DNA of 25,479 nt, from IMG/VR virus record IMGVR_UViG_3300037847_002914, positions 1-25,479 of that record; one strand, 5' to 3'. The stretch is from a virus. Lineage: Duplodnaviria; Caudoviricetes. This document shows positions 1 through 8,239 of this stretch, piece after piece. The stretch's first letter is position 1; each line of letters begins with the position of its first letter. Made by a program: the position numbers and the translations under genes. The notes under the pieces were generated by a model, which saw nothing but the letters and a program-made list of their open reading frames with translations, was not told where the DNA came from and made no database searches.

Positions 1-263
1 TAAGCACTACCGCCCCTACTTTCCATGTATTCCAGATGTTCTGTTTCGTTAAGAGTCTGAGCAAAATGTTCCTCCATCAAATAAATGTGTTCTGGACCTC
101 GTAATCCTAAGGATTCTCTTAGATGTAGAACACTTAGGAAAGCAAAGTAGGGTGCCCTAGCAATTTCTTCGAGCACCCAGAAACGTTGATAATCCCTCCC
201 TTTGTATAAGAAATCAATGATTGCGACTGTGATATCTAAAACTAATTTATTGAGATTCTTCAT
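1..263 (-). CDS. ptoX: Plastoquinol terminal oxidase (PTOX, alternative-oxidase family), 5' part; runs off the window edge
   Basis: Not in the ORF track. Manual translation from ATG at 263: MKNLNKLVLDITVAIIDFLYKGRDYQRFWVLEEIARAPYFAFLSVLHLRESLGLRGPEHIYLMEEHFAQTLNETEHLEYMESRGGSA. RFWVLEEIARAPYF and NETEHL are AOX/PTOX di-iron motifs. Confidence 0.93.
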   Translation of the reverse strand, partial: MKNLNKLVLDITVAIIDFLYKGRDYQRFWVLEEIARAPYFAFLSVLHLRESLGLRGPEHIYLMEEHFAQTLNETEHLEYMESRGGSA

Positions 264-423
264 CTTCTTCATAGTCGTAAGTTAATCGACAATCCCAGAT
301 GTAGTCTTCTTCCCACTCTGGTTCATAAAGAGGACAAGGTTCCTCAAAGAGATGCTGCATTCTCAATTGTTTGATGCGCTCTCTAAGAGACTTATAGAAT
401 TCCCTCTTCTGGTTTGAATTCAT
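247..423 (-). CDS. Small acidic hypothetical protein (58 aa)
   Basis: Track ORF 247..471. The likelier start is ATG at 423 (MNSNQKREF...), which overlaps the petE stop as ATGA. Confidence 0.65.
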   Translation of the reverse strand: MNSNQKREFYKSLRERIKQLRMQHLFEEPCPLYEPEWEEDYIWDCRLTYDYEEDEESQ

Positions 424-743
424 TCGACGTGAACTGTACCAATCATACCTGCACCTTTGTGAGGAGCACACCAGTAAGTATAGTCACCAGGATCGTTAAA
501 GACAACATCAAACTCTTCACCTGGTAACATTGCCAGGGATTCGTGACCTAAGTCAGGGCGATCTTCAACGATAACGTTATGAGGAGGGAGCATATTATTA
601 ACAAAATGCACCGATTCGCCAGCTGAGATAGTAACTTCTGCAGGATCGAAAACAAGATTACCATTAGATCCCATTTGAACGTCTACTGCCCATGCTGGTG
701 CGGCAAGAAATAATGTGGCAATGAATGCGAAAATAAACTTCAT
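420..743 (-). CDS. petE: Plastocyanin
   Basis: N-terminal signal peptide ending AWA, PHNV motif, and C-x2-H-x4-M copper ligands (YWCAPHKGAGM). Confidence 0.97.
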   Translation of the reverse strand: MKFIFAFIATLFLAAPAWAVDVQMGSNGNLVFDPAEVTISAGESVHFVNNMLPPHNVIVEDRPDLGHESLAMLPGEEFDVVFNDPGDYTYWCAPHKGAGMIGTVHVE

Positions 744-765
744 AAAGTTTACGCAACTACACTAT

Positions 766-972
766 CTATGTCTTCCTAATTGAAGTGTAACGGGGGTTTG
801 TTTTGACTTCCTGACTTACCATTTTGCCAAATTCTGTAACACAGTTACTCCATTTTTGCCTTGCTTCTTTTGCTTCTTTACTGTTGGAATCTCTGTCCCA
901 TAATTCTTTCCACGAGAACCAGAGGTCAGCACATTCGTCTGACTTCCTCTGCAAGTGCGGTTCCCGATACAT
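766..972 (-). CDS. Hypothetical protein (68 aa)
   Basis: ORF fills the gap between neighbours and has a CTAAATA motif upstream. Confidence 0.7.
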   Translation of the reverse strand: MYREPHLQRKSDECADLWFSWKELWDRDSNSKEAKEARQKWSNCVTEFGKMVSQEVKTNPRYTSIRKT

Positions 973-1009
973 GGGAACACCTGGGGAGTGATGCCCGTGA
1001 CTACAGTAA

Positions 1010-1016
1010 TATTTAG
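1010..1016 (-). promoter_or_regulatory. Putative T4-like late promoter (CTAAATA)
   Basis: Intergenic CTAAATA about 40 nt upstream of ATG 972. Resembles the T4 gp55 motif TATAAATA and recurs at other gene boundaries. Confidence 0.55.
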
Positions 1017-1017
1017 A

Positions 1018-1458
1018 TTACATCTTGTATTTTTCGTCGCTCTTGGCAGGAGCGGTTGTGATACTTAATGGTGCTTGTTCAATGCGAATCACTTGAGCAG
1101 GTGCTGCTTGAGTTGCTTTCTCAATCAACTTCTCCATGTCTGCTTTGGTGACTGCACCAGCAGCGCCAGCACCATTCATCTTCATGGTGCCGTCACCAGA
1201 CTTCTTCGCCGTCTGGACTCCGAACGTAGCTAACACACCGGTGAACACGGAGGCTATGAAGGTCGGATCGATTTTTTGCTGTGGCAATCCAGGGATTGTC
1301 ACATAGTTGAGGGTGAGAATACCACCACTCCAAACAAGAATGCCAAGTCTGACAAGTGTACTGAGAACTGCCAATTGCTCATCAGCATCCTCAATTTTGT
1401 CCTTTAACTTTCCAATAGGACCTTTTTTCTTTTCTACAGTTTTTACATCTTCGGACAT
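1018..1458 (-). CDS. Hypothetical membrane protein with two predicted TM segments
   Basis: Hydrophobic stretches LAVLSTLVRLGILVWSGGILTL and FIASVFTGVLATFGV with charged termini. Confidence 0.8.
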   Translation of the reverse strand: MSEDVKTVEKKKGPIGKLKDKIEDADEQLAVLSTLVRLGILVWSGGILTLNYVTIPGLPQQKIDPTFIASVFTGVLATFGVQTAKKSGDGTMKMNGAGAAGAVTKADMEKLIEKATQAAPAQVIRIEQAPLSITTAPAKSDEKYKM

Positions 1459-1480
1459 GAGTCACCAGCAAAAGGCAACT

Positions 1481-1750
1481 CTATTTAGATTGAAGAGATT
1501 CCATGGTGTATTGATGTCCAGATTCTACCACTTCATCATGAAGGTTGGCAACATCTAGCAATCCTTCTACTGAATACCACGGTGCGGTTTCCCAGTCAAA
1601 TCCTTCTCCGAAGGTGTTGTCGGCATTAACAATATACCAGTGACAAGATGTATCAGGAACATCAACAGCACAATTACTCCAATCATCGCTCCATTGTGGG
1701 ACTTGTACCCAGAGAGTTACTGCAAGAAAAAAGTTAAGAAGCGCGGGCAT
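1481..1750 (-). CDS. Hypothetical Trp/Asp-rich protein with N-terminal hydrophobic segment
   Basis: 89-aa ORF packed against its neighbours; one Cys pair; possibly exported. Confidence 0.7.
   Translation of the reverse strand: MPALLNFFLAVTLWVQVPQWSDDWSNCAVDVPDTSCHWYIVNADNTFGEGFDWETAPWYSVEGLLDVANLHDEVVESGHQYTMESLQSK
1482..1488 (-). promoter_or_regulatory. Putative T4-like late promoter (CTAAATA)
   Basis: CTAAATA overlapping the upstream stop codon, about 24 nt before ATG 1458. Confidence 0.5.
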
Positions 1751-1886
1751 TTTTAAGTGTTTCTAGTAAGTGCATGTGTCCGTGGAAATATCCTGCCACA
1801 ATAATACTTATACCAAAAAGAAAACATGCCACTAAACCAAGGACTAATGGCACGGTTGGGTTTTCAGGTTTATTTGATGTATCCAT
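1734..1886 (-). CDS. Small single-TM hypothetical protein (50 aa), not in the ORF track
   Basis: Manual translation MDTSNKPENPTVPLVLGLVACFLFGISIIVAGYFHGHMHLLETLKNARAS*. Fills the 1750-1870 gap and overlaps both neighbours. Confidence 0.7.
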   Translation of the reverse strand: MDTSNKPENPTVPLVLGLVACFLFGISIIVAGYFHGHMHLLETLKNARAS

Positions 1887-2547
1887 TCTTTCTCAACCAT
1901 TCACCTGTCATAGGTGTGGGTTCATAGTCAGTCCACATAGTTCCAGCAGCACAAGACTCAAGTGCTTTGGCAGTCATACCTTCAGTGTGTCCTGCCCAGT
2001 ATGCTTCTTTCTCCCAGGGAATAGCATGTGGTTGAGACTTGTATGTGTCTTTCGCAATCGCTTGCCAAATCTTAGGGACATCTTCCTCAGGTTTGATAAT
2101 AGCAATAAAGTTATTATCAATAGTGCCTGCCATGCAGTCCTGAGCAGCGTGCCATCCTTCATGACGCATCACTGACATCACCACACCAGGACGCTTCATG
2201 TGAGCAACATTCAAAAAGAAGTTGTTACTTACAGTATGATAGACGCCACGATGTCCAACTGGGAAGTATCGAATGTCTGCTAGAAAAACCCTAGCTCCGA
2301 CTGCATTAAGTGATCGGATGAGAGAGTTAAACTCATCAGCAACACCACTGTAATCGCTATCAACCAGTTCCTCATGTTTGTTGAGATCAGAAACTGTTTT
2401 AAGTTCTTGAACATGATCGGTGCATTCTCCTAGGAGCATACACCCCTGAGCATGAGGGGTGAAGAACTCATCTTCCGTGATTGGGTCTGAATGGGCAGGT
2501 AGGACAACCGCTGCCGCAGCAACCAGGGAAGCAATAATTTTTTTCAT
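1870..2547 (-). CDS. Exported protein with HExxH motif (zincin-like metallopeptidase candidate)
   Basis: Signal peptide MKKIIASLVAAAAVVLPAHS, motif VMRHEGWHAAQ, and downstream EKEA as a possible third zinc ligand. Confidence 0.7.
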   Translation of the reverse strand: MKKIIASLVAAAAVVLPAHSDPITEDEFFTPHAQGCMLLGECTDHVQELKTVSDLNKHEELVDSDYSGVADEFNSLIRSLNAVGARVFLADIRYFPVGHRGVYHTVSNNFFLNVAHMKRPGVVMSVMRHEGWHAAQDCMAGTIDNNFIAIIKPEEDVPKIWQAIAKDTYKSQPHAIPWEKEAYWAGHTEGMTAKALESCAAGTMWTDYEPTPMTGEWLRKNGYIK

Positions 2548-2556
2548 GTTTGGTTA

Positions 2557-2802
2557 TCAATATGGAAGAGCGGGAGGAAGAGCAGGAACAGCGCCACCAG
2601 TGGCACCAGGAAGTTCGGGCATAGCAGCATCCATCATACCAGGAAGTGCGTCTGCAATCGCCGCTGTTGCTGCCTTGGTGATTTTCTCAGTGACTCGCTC
2701 AGCGATAGCATCACGACGGAGATAAACAACTGTTCCCGTGCCGATGATACCAGCAGTTCCTACAAATGATAGAACTGCTAAAACATTAATTACCTTTTGC
2801 AT
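2557..2802 (-). CDS. Hypothetical single-TM protein with Ala/Pro-rich tail
   Basis: N-terminal TM segment (VINVLAVLSFVGTAGIIGTGTVVYL) followed by an Ala/Pro-rich C-terminus. Confidence 0.75.
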   Translation of the reverse strand: MQKVINVLAVLSFVGTAGIIGTGTVVYLRRDAIAERVTEKITKAATAAIADALPGMMDAAMPELPGATGGAVPALPPALPY

Positions 2803-3007
2803 AATATGCCTCGTAATATTTTACAATCCCCGCAGTGTTCATGTTGCCTTGAGACACCCAATCATGAACACACTCGTAGATTGATTGACTGGAGTATTTA
2901 GGAGTTGTCCCCTTCATTTCTCCACCAAATTTAGAGAGCAAAACCTGAAGTCCTTGCTCCCTAACCTTCATTTTGTAATCACTGTAGCGCCAATCATCGA
3001 TGGACAT
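2786..3007 (-). CDS. Hypothetical protein
   Basis: Track ORF 2786..3043. The likelier start is ATG 3007 (MSIDDWRY...), which gives a short overlap with the upstream gene. Confidence 0.7.
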   Translation of the reverse strand: MSIDDWRYSDYKMKVREQGLQVLLSKFGGEMKGTTPKYSSQSIYECVHDWVSQGNMNTAGIVKYYEAYYAKGN

Positions 3008-3380
3008 TTTCAGAACCGCCTTGAAAGTTTTCGGAACCACCAACAGGATTCAACTGAGTAGTGGTTTTACCAGATTTAGTTGCCAATTCATACATCTCTT
3101 GATGAATGTTAGGAGACTCACCTCCAGATTCTTTACGCATGTCTTCATGCAATCTTTCAGTTGCTTCTACATGTTCTTGTTGCTTCTCGGTGATAGCAGT
3201 AGGTGCTCCGTATGAAGAGGAGAACCATTCGTCAACAGGATTCAAGATAGGAGCAGGGACACCAATGTATGCTTTATCCTGATCGTCATCTAGATGTTCG
3301 CAATCAACTTTTTCTTCGTCAACAGCACACTCTAGTTTGTCGTTTTTGTTGAACAATTTGGCAAGAACTTTTTTAATCAT
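2994..3380 (-). CDS. Hypothetical acidic protein
   Basis: 128-aa ORF with ATGA overlap to the upstream gene. Confidence 0.75.
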   Translation of the reverse strand: MIKKVLAKLFNKNDKLECAVDEEKVDCEHLDDDQDKAYIGVPAPILNPVDEWFSSSYGAPTAITEKQQEHVEATERLHEDMRKESGGESPNIHQEMYELATKSGKTTTQLNPVGGSENFQGGSENVHR

Positions 3381-3949
3381 ACCACAAATTCCAGTCGTAG
3401 TTTTTTACTATACTCGTATGCATATTTTTCGCGGTTACCTTTGATACCCCACCCCAACCAACGATATGCAGGTTTCATATACTGTGCGATGGTGTGCCCA
3501 TAACCTTCAAAATCAGGAAGTACATCCTGAAACTGTGACTCGTTAATCATGTAGCGAGTCTGACACTCTAGTGTGCTTTCATCACATTTATATTTCTTGG
3601 CGAACTCGCCTAACCCCAAATAACGGTTCTCAGAGGTCCACTGAATGAGTCCGTACCCACCCCGATGGCAATCAGAGTAAGGAACTCTAGCCCCTCCCTC
3701 GCAAATGTTGGAATGGAAGTTACTTTCCTGTTTAATGTTTCCCAAGATTGTTGACAGAACATTCTTATCTCGAATCTTTGTTTTTCTTTGGATTTCTCTG
3801 AGGACATATTTTTCTGATGGAGTGCAGTCAGGGCATGTCCATTCGGGAGATTTAAGTGACGGAAGTGGTTTCGGATGTGGAACCGACTTAACCGCTACTG
3901 CTCCAGCGATAGGTAAGGTAATTGCTGTTGCCAACAACGCCTTGAACAT
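3377..3949 (-). CDS. Lysozyme-like peptidoglycan hydrolase (phage tail lysozyme / Phage_lysozyme2-like) with N-terminal signal or anchor
   Basis: ILGNIKQESNF (candidate catalytic Glu), GYGLIQWT motif, Q..YMINE, and a hydrophobic N-terminus. Confidence 0.8.
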   Translation of the reverse strand: MFKALLATAITLPIAGAVAVKSVPHPKPLPSLKSPEWTCPDCTPSEKYVLREIQRKTKIRDKNVLSTILGNIKQESNFHSNICEGGARVPYSDCHRGGYGLIQWTSENRYLGLGEFAKKYKCDESTLECQTRYMINESQFQDVLPDFEGYGHTIAQYMKPAYRWLGWGIKGNREKYAYEYSKKLRLEFVV

Positions 3950-3979
3950 AGACTTTTAACCCTCAATCATGTAGTCCCC

Positions 3980-4008
3980 ATTATAGGGGGAAATATTTAG
4001 GATGTCAA
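3980..4008 (-). promoter_or_regulatory. Consensus sigma70 (early) promoter with a nested CTAAATA late-like motif
   Basis: Minus strand reads TTGACA-TCCTAAATATTTCCCCC(17 nt)-TATAAT. CTAAATA is at 3994..4000. Confidence 0.8.
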
Positions 4009-4575
4009 GGTTCTCTTGAGATAGTTCAGAGCAACCTCTGGTGTTGGTTTGATGTATACGTCCTCATAGGAATCTTCTTCCTTGTCATCTTGCTCAAACC
4101 ACTTAAACATTCCATTATCAATATATGAAACATATCTGGCAGAACGATTAAGCATACCCCAATTTCTCATTGAAAGAGACATTCCTACAGCGTCAGTAAA
4201 GAATCCATTACCATCAATGAGGAACTTAACTTTCTTAATACCAAGTTTTTCTGCCCAGGCATCGACTACATGTTTATCGTTGACGATACAACACCACACA
4301 TCATCAATCCCTAATGCTTTGAATTCATCAACTTTTGCTTCAAACTCCAACAACTGCTTTTCACACGTTGGATTGAATGCACCTTTAACAGCAAACAAAA
4401 CCACTTTGATATCTTGAAAGATATAGTGTGTAGGAGTGCTCTTCATCTTGCCATCTTCCATCCAGAAGATTTCAACGATTGGAATATATTGTTCAGAAAA
4501 TCCGTTAGTCACGTCACTAGTCTCCGTATCAATAACAACTTTATTTTGTCTTGGGAAAAGAGATTTAATTGCCAT
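3997..4575 (-). CDS. Peroxiredoxin-like protein (Prx5/redoxin type) with an atypical active site
   Basis: VVLFAVKGAFNPTC, VNDKHVVDAW, DGNGFFT and RSARY match the Prx5 pattern. The canonical PxxxTxxC reads KxxxNxxC here. Confidence 0.82.
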   Translation of the reverse strand: MAIKSLFPRQNKVVIDTETSDVTNGFSEQYIPIVEIFWMEDGKMKSTPTHYIFQDIKVVLFAVKGAFNPTCEKQLLEFEAKVDEFKALGIDDVWCCIVNDKHVVDAWAEKLGIKKVKFLIDGNGFFTDAVGMSLSMRNWGMLNRSARYVSYIDNGMFKWFEQDDKEEDSYEDVYIKPTPEVALNYLKRTLTS

Positions 4576-5407
4576 TCTGCTTATGTTCTCCTCTTTCTAT
4601 TTGTTCTTTAGTAAATGAATTTTCAGTCATTCTACCAAGGTAAGGATCGTAATCCATCAATTGTTTAATGTCAATAGATGCACCATTCTGTTGCCAGTAA
4701 TTAGTCTGTGCTTTGTAGTTCCCTACATGGAAAGCATCAACATGTTCTGGGTGAATGGACGAACCCAATTCCGTTTTGTAAACCAATAGTGGAATAGAAT
4801 AAGTGTTGCCAGCGTTGTAAATCAAATCATCGGCAACAGGACGTGGTTTGACGCCATTGTCCAGACGATATTTATCACCACGACAATGATGTTTAATCAG
4901 TTTCTCTGCATGATGTCTAGAGATTACATAGCAGGCAGTAGAGAAATCATTAACAAACCTCTTGTGAAGTTTAGTATGAATGTCTCCCGTACAAATAATT
5001 GAAATCTGAACTACATCCCAATCATATGGAAAGTTTCCATAGAAGTCTGCCCAAGTAAAGTTCCAGTTCTGAACTAAGTCAAGACTGCAATCATCCTCCA
5101 TCATGATTGCATAAGGACTATCAGAGGTTTCAATCCAATGCTTGATTGCCTTGAGGTGAGAGGTGATACATCCAACCTCACCACCAGTCATCATCTCAGG
5201 ATAGGTTCCTTTGAGAATGCCACTCAAATCATCCTCTCTACCATCGTATGCAGAGATACGTTCATAGTTGTCAATCTCCCAGAACTTAAACTGGCTCTCC
5301 ATATATTCCCATCTGTCTGTCTGTTCATCCAGATTAATACAGTAAATGGGTCCGATGCCTTTCAGTTTATATGCGGACTTATTCTTATCCAGAAGTGCGA
5401 TATCCAT
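4565..5407 (-). CDS. Glycosyltransferase family 25
   Basis: YCINLD...R, RISAYDG, GEVGCITSH and MMEDD are GT25 hallmarks. Confidence 0.88.
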   Translation of the reverse strand: MDIALLDKNKSAYKLKGIGPIYCINLDEQTDRWEYMESQFKFWEIDNYERISAYDGREDDLSGILKGTYPEMMTGGEVGCITSHLKAIKHWIETSDSPYAIMMEDDCSLDLVQNWNFTWADFYGNFPYDWDVVQISIICTGDIHTKLHKRFVNDFSTACYVISRHHAEKLIKHHCRGDKYRLDNGVKPRPVADDLIYNAGNTYSIPLLVYKTELGSSIHPEHVDAFHVGNYKAQTNYWQQNGASIDIKQLMDYDPYLGRMTENSFTKEQIERGEHKQNGN

Positions 5408-6549
5408 CAGATATTAATTTGATATACAGTTTGACTTGGTTTGCCGAAGAGTGCTCTGCCTCCATACTTTGCAGTTAGATTGGTTTCAATCTGTTTGATA
5501 ATATCATCAATATCATCAATGTAAACCGTGTAACCAGCGTCAAGCAAATCTAAACACAGTTTATATTGCTGACTCTCCACAAGCATGTCGGTGCCTTTCT
5601 TATACGAAACGTATGGGAAATAGAAAGGATATCCATCGCTATTGTCTGCGATAACTTGCTCCAGGAGGAACGTTGCATGTTGCCTGTTAAAATTATCTGT
5701 AGTCTCTCCCAGGTTGTACTCCAGTCCTACACTCTTAGCAAAGGCAGCAAAGGCACGGTTATCTCTAGGCAGACAAGGACCGCCGAAACCATATCCATAC
5801 TTCAGAAACTTATTACCAACTCGGGTGTCATCACCGATTGCTTTGAGAACCGTATTAATTTCTGAACCAAGTCCTGCAAGTGTCATGACTTCACCAACCA
5901 TATTTGCATAACTGATTTTAGTTGTGAGGTAGCAGTTCATTGCTAACTTCACTACCTCAGCAGCAGTGACTGACATCACACCAAACTTAGGTTCAGTTGT
6001 CTGAATCTTCTTATATAACTTACGAAGTTCATTCAGAGTTTCAAACTCCTCCTCATCACCACCAATCAAAACCATGTCTGCATGACGCAAGTCTTTGACA
6101 ATGGAACCTTGTGCAATAAACTCAGGGTTGTAGAATACTTTCCAACCGCAAGCATCTAGTTCCTCTTGGAACTTTGCACAGTCCCCAGGGTTAGTGGTAC
6201 ATCCAACAATAAGTGCCTTGTCTTTGACACCAGAGGCAATCACATCATTAACAACTTTCCAAACAGCAGAGACATCATAGTCTCCACTCTCAAGAGAGGG
6301 AGTTGCTACAAGAGTGTAAATGATATCACACTCTTGAATGACTCTAAAGTTATCTGTAGTTGCCTCAAAATTCTGAGAAGTCTCAAGTAGAAGTGGAACC
6401 TGCGGTTCGTTTGTAGTAATCTTCTTGCTCTGGAGAGCAGCGACATACTCCTCTCTGATGTCCGAAACTAGAACATCATAACCTGCTTGCTCACACAGGA
6501 GAGAAAAGCAGATGCCCAGTCTCCCTGCGCCAATAAGTCCAATCTTCAT
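5407..6549 (-). CDS. ugd: UDP-glucose/GDP-mannose 6-dehydrogenase family protein
   Basis: GAGRLG Rossmann motif, NPEFIAQG, AEVVKL..N, and GFGGPCLPRD containing the catalytic Cys. Confidence 0.92.
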   Translation of the reverse strand: MKIGLIGAGRLGICFSLLCEQAGYDVLVSDIREEYVAALQSKKITTNEPQVPLLLETSQNFEATTDNFRVIQECDIIYTLVATPSLESGDYDVSAVWKVVNDVIASGVKDKALIVGCTTNPGDCAKFQEELDACGWKVFYNPEFIAQGSIVKDLRHADMVLIGGDEEEFETLNELRKLYKKIQTTEPKFGVMSVTAAEVVKLAMNCYLTTKISYANMVGEVMTLAGLGSEINTVLKAIGDDTRVGNKFLKYGYGFGGPCLPRDNRAFAAFAKSVGLEYNLGETTDNFNRQHATFLLEQVIADNSDGYPFYFPYVSYKKGTDMLVESQQYKLCLDLLDAGYTVYIDDIDDIIKQIETNLTAKYGGRALFGKPSQTVYQINI

Positions 6550-7385
6550 AGTTTAAACGTAGGAATAGAAATCATTTTGTGCTTGTTCTGACGGTTGAAC
6601 TTCATATACTGCTTGATAGCAGACTTCTGTTGTTCAGTAATAGGTTTACCAATCCACTGAGTGCATTCATTTGGATCTTTGGCATGTTTAGTAATTTCAG
6701 TATCCATCACCCATTCCAAGTCCTCATAGGACGCACCTACCTGCTCTTCATCAGTCCTACTATCCTCCCACAGTCCATCTGTAGGAGCAGCATTAATGAT
6801 ACGTTCATCGACACCAAGGTGTCTGCCAAGTTCCCATACTTCTGTTTTGTACAAGTCAGCGATAGGTGCGATGTCCACACCGCCATCACCATATTTAGTA
6901 TAGAATCCGATACCGTAATCTTCAACCTTATTGCCAGTGCCGACAACAATACCACCAACAGTTCCTGCAATCTGATACAGAGTCACCATACGAAGACGTG
7001 ACTTAGTGTTGGCATTAGCAAGATTGTTAGAAGTGTAAGTGCCTTTCTCTCCACCATGAGCATCCGTCCACCAATCAATGGAGTGAAGGAATTTCTCATA
7101 CACAGAGGAGAGTTCAACGTTCTGCATTGTAACGTTCTCATACTCCTCTCTCAGTTGAGTTGCATGTGCAGTGGAGAGAATTGTATTCTCCATCTTTGAG
7201 TTGAGAGGCATCGTCAGGACAAACGTAGGAAGTCCTGTGCGAGCACACAATGTTGATACAACAGCGGAATCGATACCGCCAGAGACGCCACAGACTAGTG
7301 CGCTGATACCATTGTTATCAGCATACTCTCTAATCCAGGCAACAATTCTTTCTTCTAATTCAGTGTAGTCTTTAATTCTGTTCAT
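6546..7385 (-). CDS. nadE: NH3-dependent NAD+ synthetase
   Basis: SGGIDS PP-loop, NTKSRLRM, GTGNKVE, GFYTKYGDG, PIADLYKTEV, PTDGLW. No glutaminase domain. Start taken as ATG 7385 (ATGA overlap). Confidence 0.93.
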   Translation of the reverse strand: MNRIKDYTELEERIVAWIREYADNNGISALVCGVSGGIDSAVVSTLCARTGLPTFVLTMPLNSKMENTILSTAHATQLREEYENVTMQNVELSSVYEKFLHSIDWWTDAHGGEKGTYTSNNLANANTKSRLRMVTLYQIAGTVGGIVVGTGNKVEDYGIGFYTKYGDGGVDIAPIADLYKTEVWELGRHLGVDERIINAAPTDGLWEDSRTDEEQVGASYEDLEWVMDTEITKHAKDPNECTQWIGKPITEQQKSAIKQYMKFNRQNKHKMISIPTFKL

Positions 7386-8239
7386 AGGACAATCCAATCG
7401 GGACAGTAGAGATCTTTAGTATCTTTGTCTGCATAAGCAGGTCCGAACCATCGTTTCGGTGCAATAACCTTCTTGTTCGGATTAGTCTGGAGCCATGCTC
7501 CCCACCAACTCATACTACTATTGGCAATAATAGCATGAGAACATAAAGACATCAAGCACAAGTCAGCATATGGTGTGAAAGAACCATCTGCATAAGTCTC
7601 TTCGGGTTCAGAAAGTAAGAATCTATCTCCTTGGAAGAATGGTTGTTCCTTTACCCATTCAATAGAGTCTGAGAATACTACAACAGGTTGCTCATCATCA
7701 AAGTGTGATAGTGCTTCCTCATAGTATTCAACAGTCTGAGTGGGATGCATATCACCACACTGAGTGTAACTCCATTTAAATCCTCTAGAGTCAGTCAGAT
7801 TAGGATTTCCACGTCTGACATGAAGCATGATTGGTTCTTGTCCCTCCAAGGTGTCAATCATTTGCTTACATGGTTCAAGATGCTCATTGCAGAAAGTATA
7901 TTCCTTACGAATAACATCTTCTACATTCTTAAAGTATTTTTCAGATTGAAAGAATCCATAAAGACTTACGTTATCTGGACAGTCACGGACAAGTTCTTCA
8001 TCAAAGTGAAAGCATCTTTCCTGAACATATCCATAGTCTTCTCTAACACACAAGTTATCTTCTTTCACATCCTCCATATTAAAGCAGAAGTGAAGACTAT
8101 AGTTCTCAATTCCCTTTCTGTCATATGTTGGAATGCACCAATCATATCCATGACGTGCAGCAATGCCACGAAGAGCAGCATACTCAAACATTTGATTACC
8201 AAGTCTGCCAAGACTTCCGATATGATTAAAGGCTAACAT
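7382..8239 (-). CDS. Alpha-1,2-fucosyltransferase-like glycosyltransferase (GT11)
   Basis: GRLGNQMFEYA, GFFQSEKYF, HVRRG, FSDS, IIANSSMSWWGAWL. Confidence 0.92.
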   Translation of the reverse strand: MLAFNHIGSLGRLGNQMFEYAALRGIAARHGYDWCIPTYDRKGIENYSLHFCFNMEDVKEDNLCVREDYGYVQERCFHFDEELVRDCPDNVSLYGFFQSEKYFKNVEDVIRKEYTFCNEHLEPCKQMIDTLEGQEPIMLHVRRGNPNLTDSRGFKWSYTQCGDMHPTQTVEYYEEALSHFDDEQPVVVFSDSIEWVKEQPFFQGDRFLLSEPEETYADGSFTPYADLCLMSLCSHAIIANSSMSWWGAWLQTNPNKKVIAPKRWFGPAYADKDTKDLYCPDWIVL

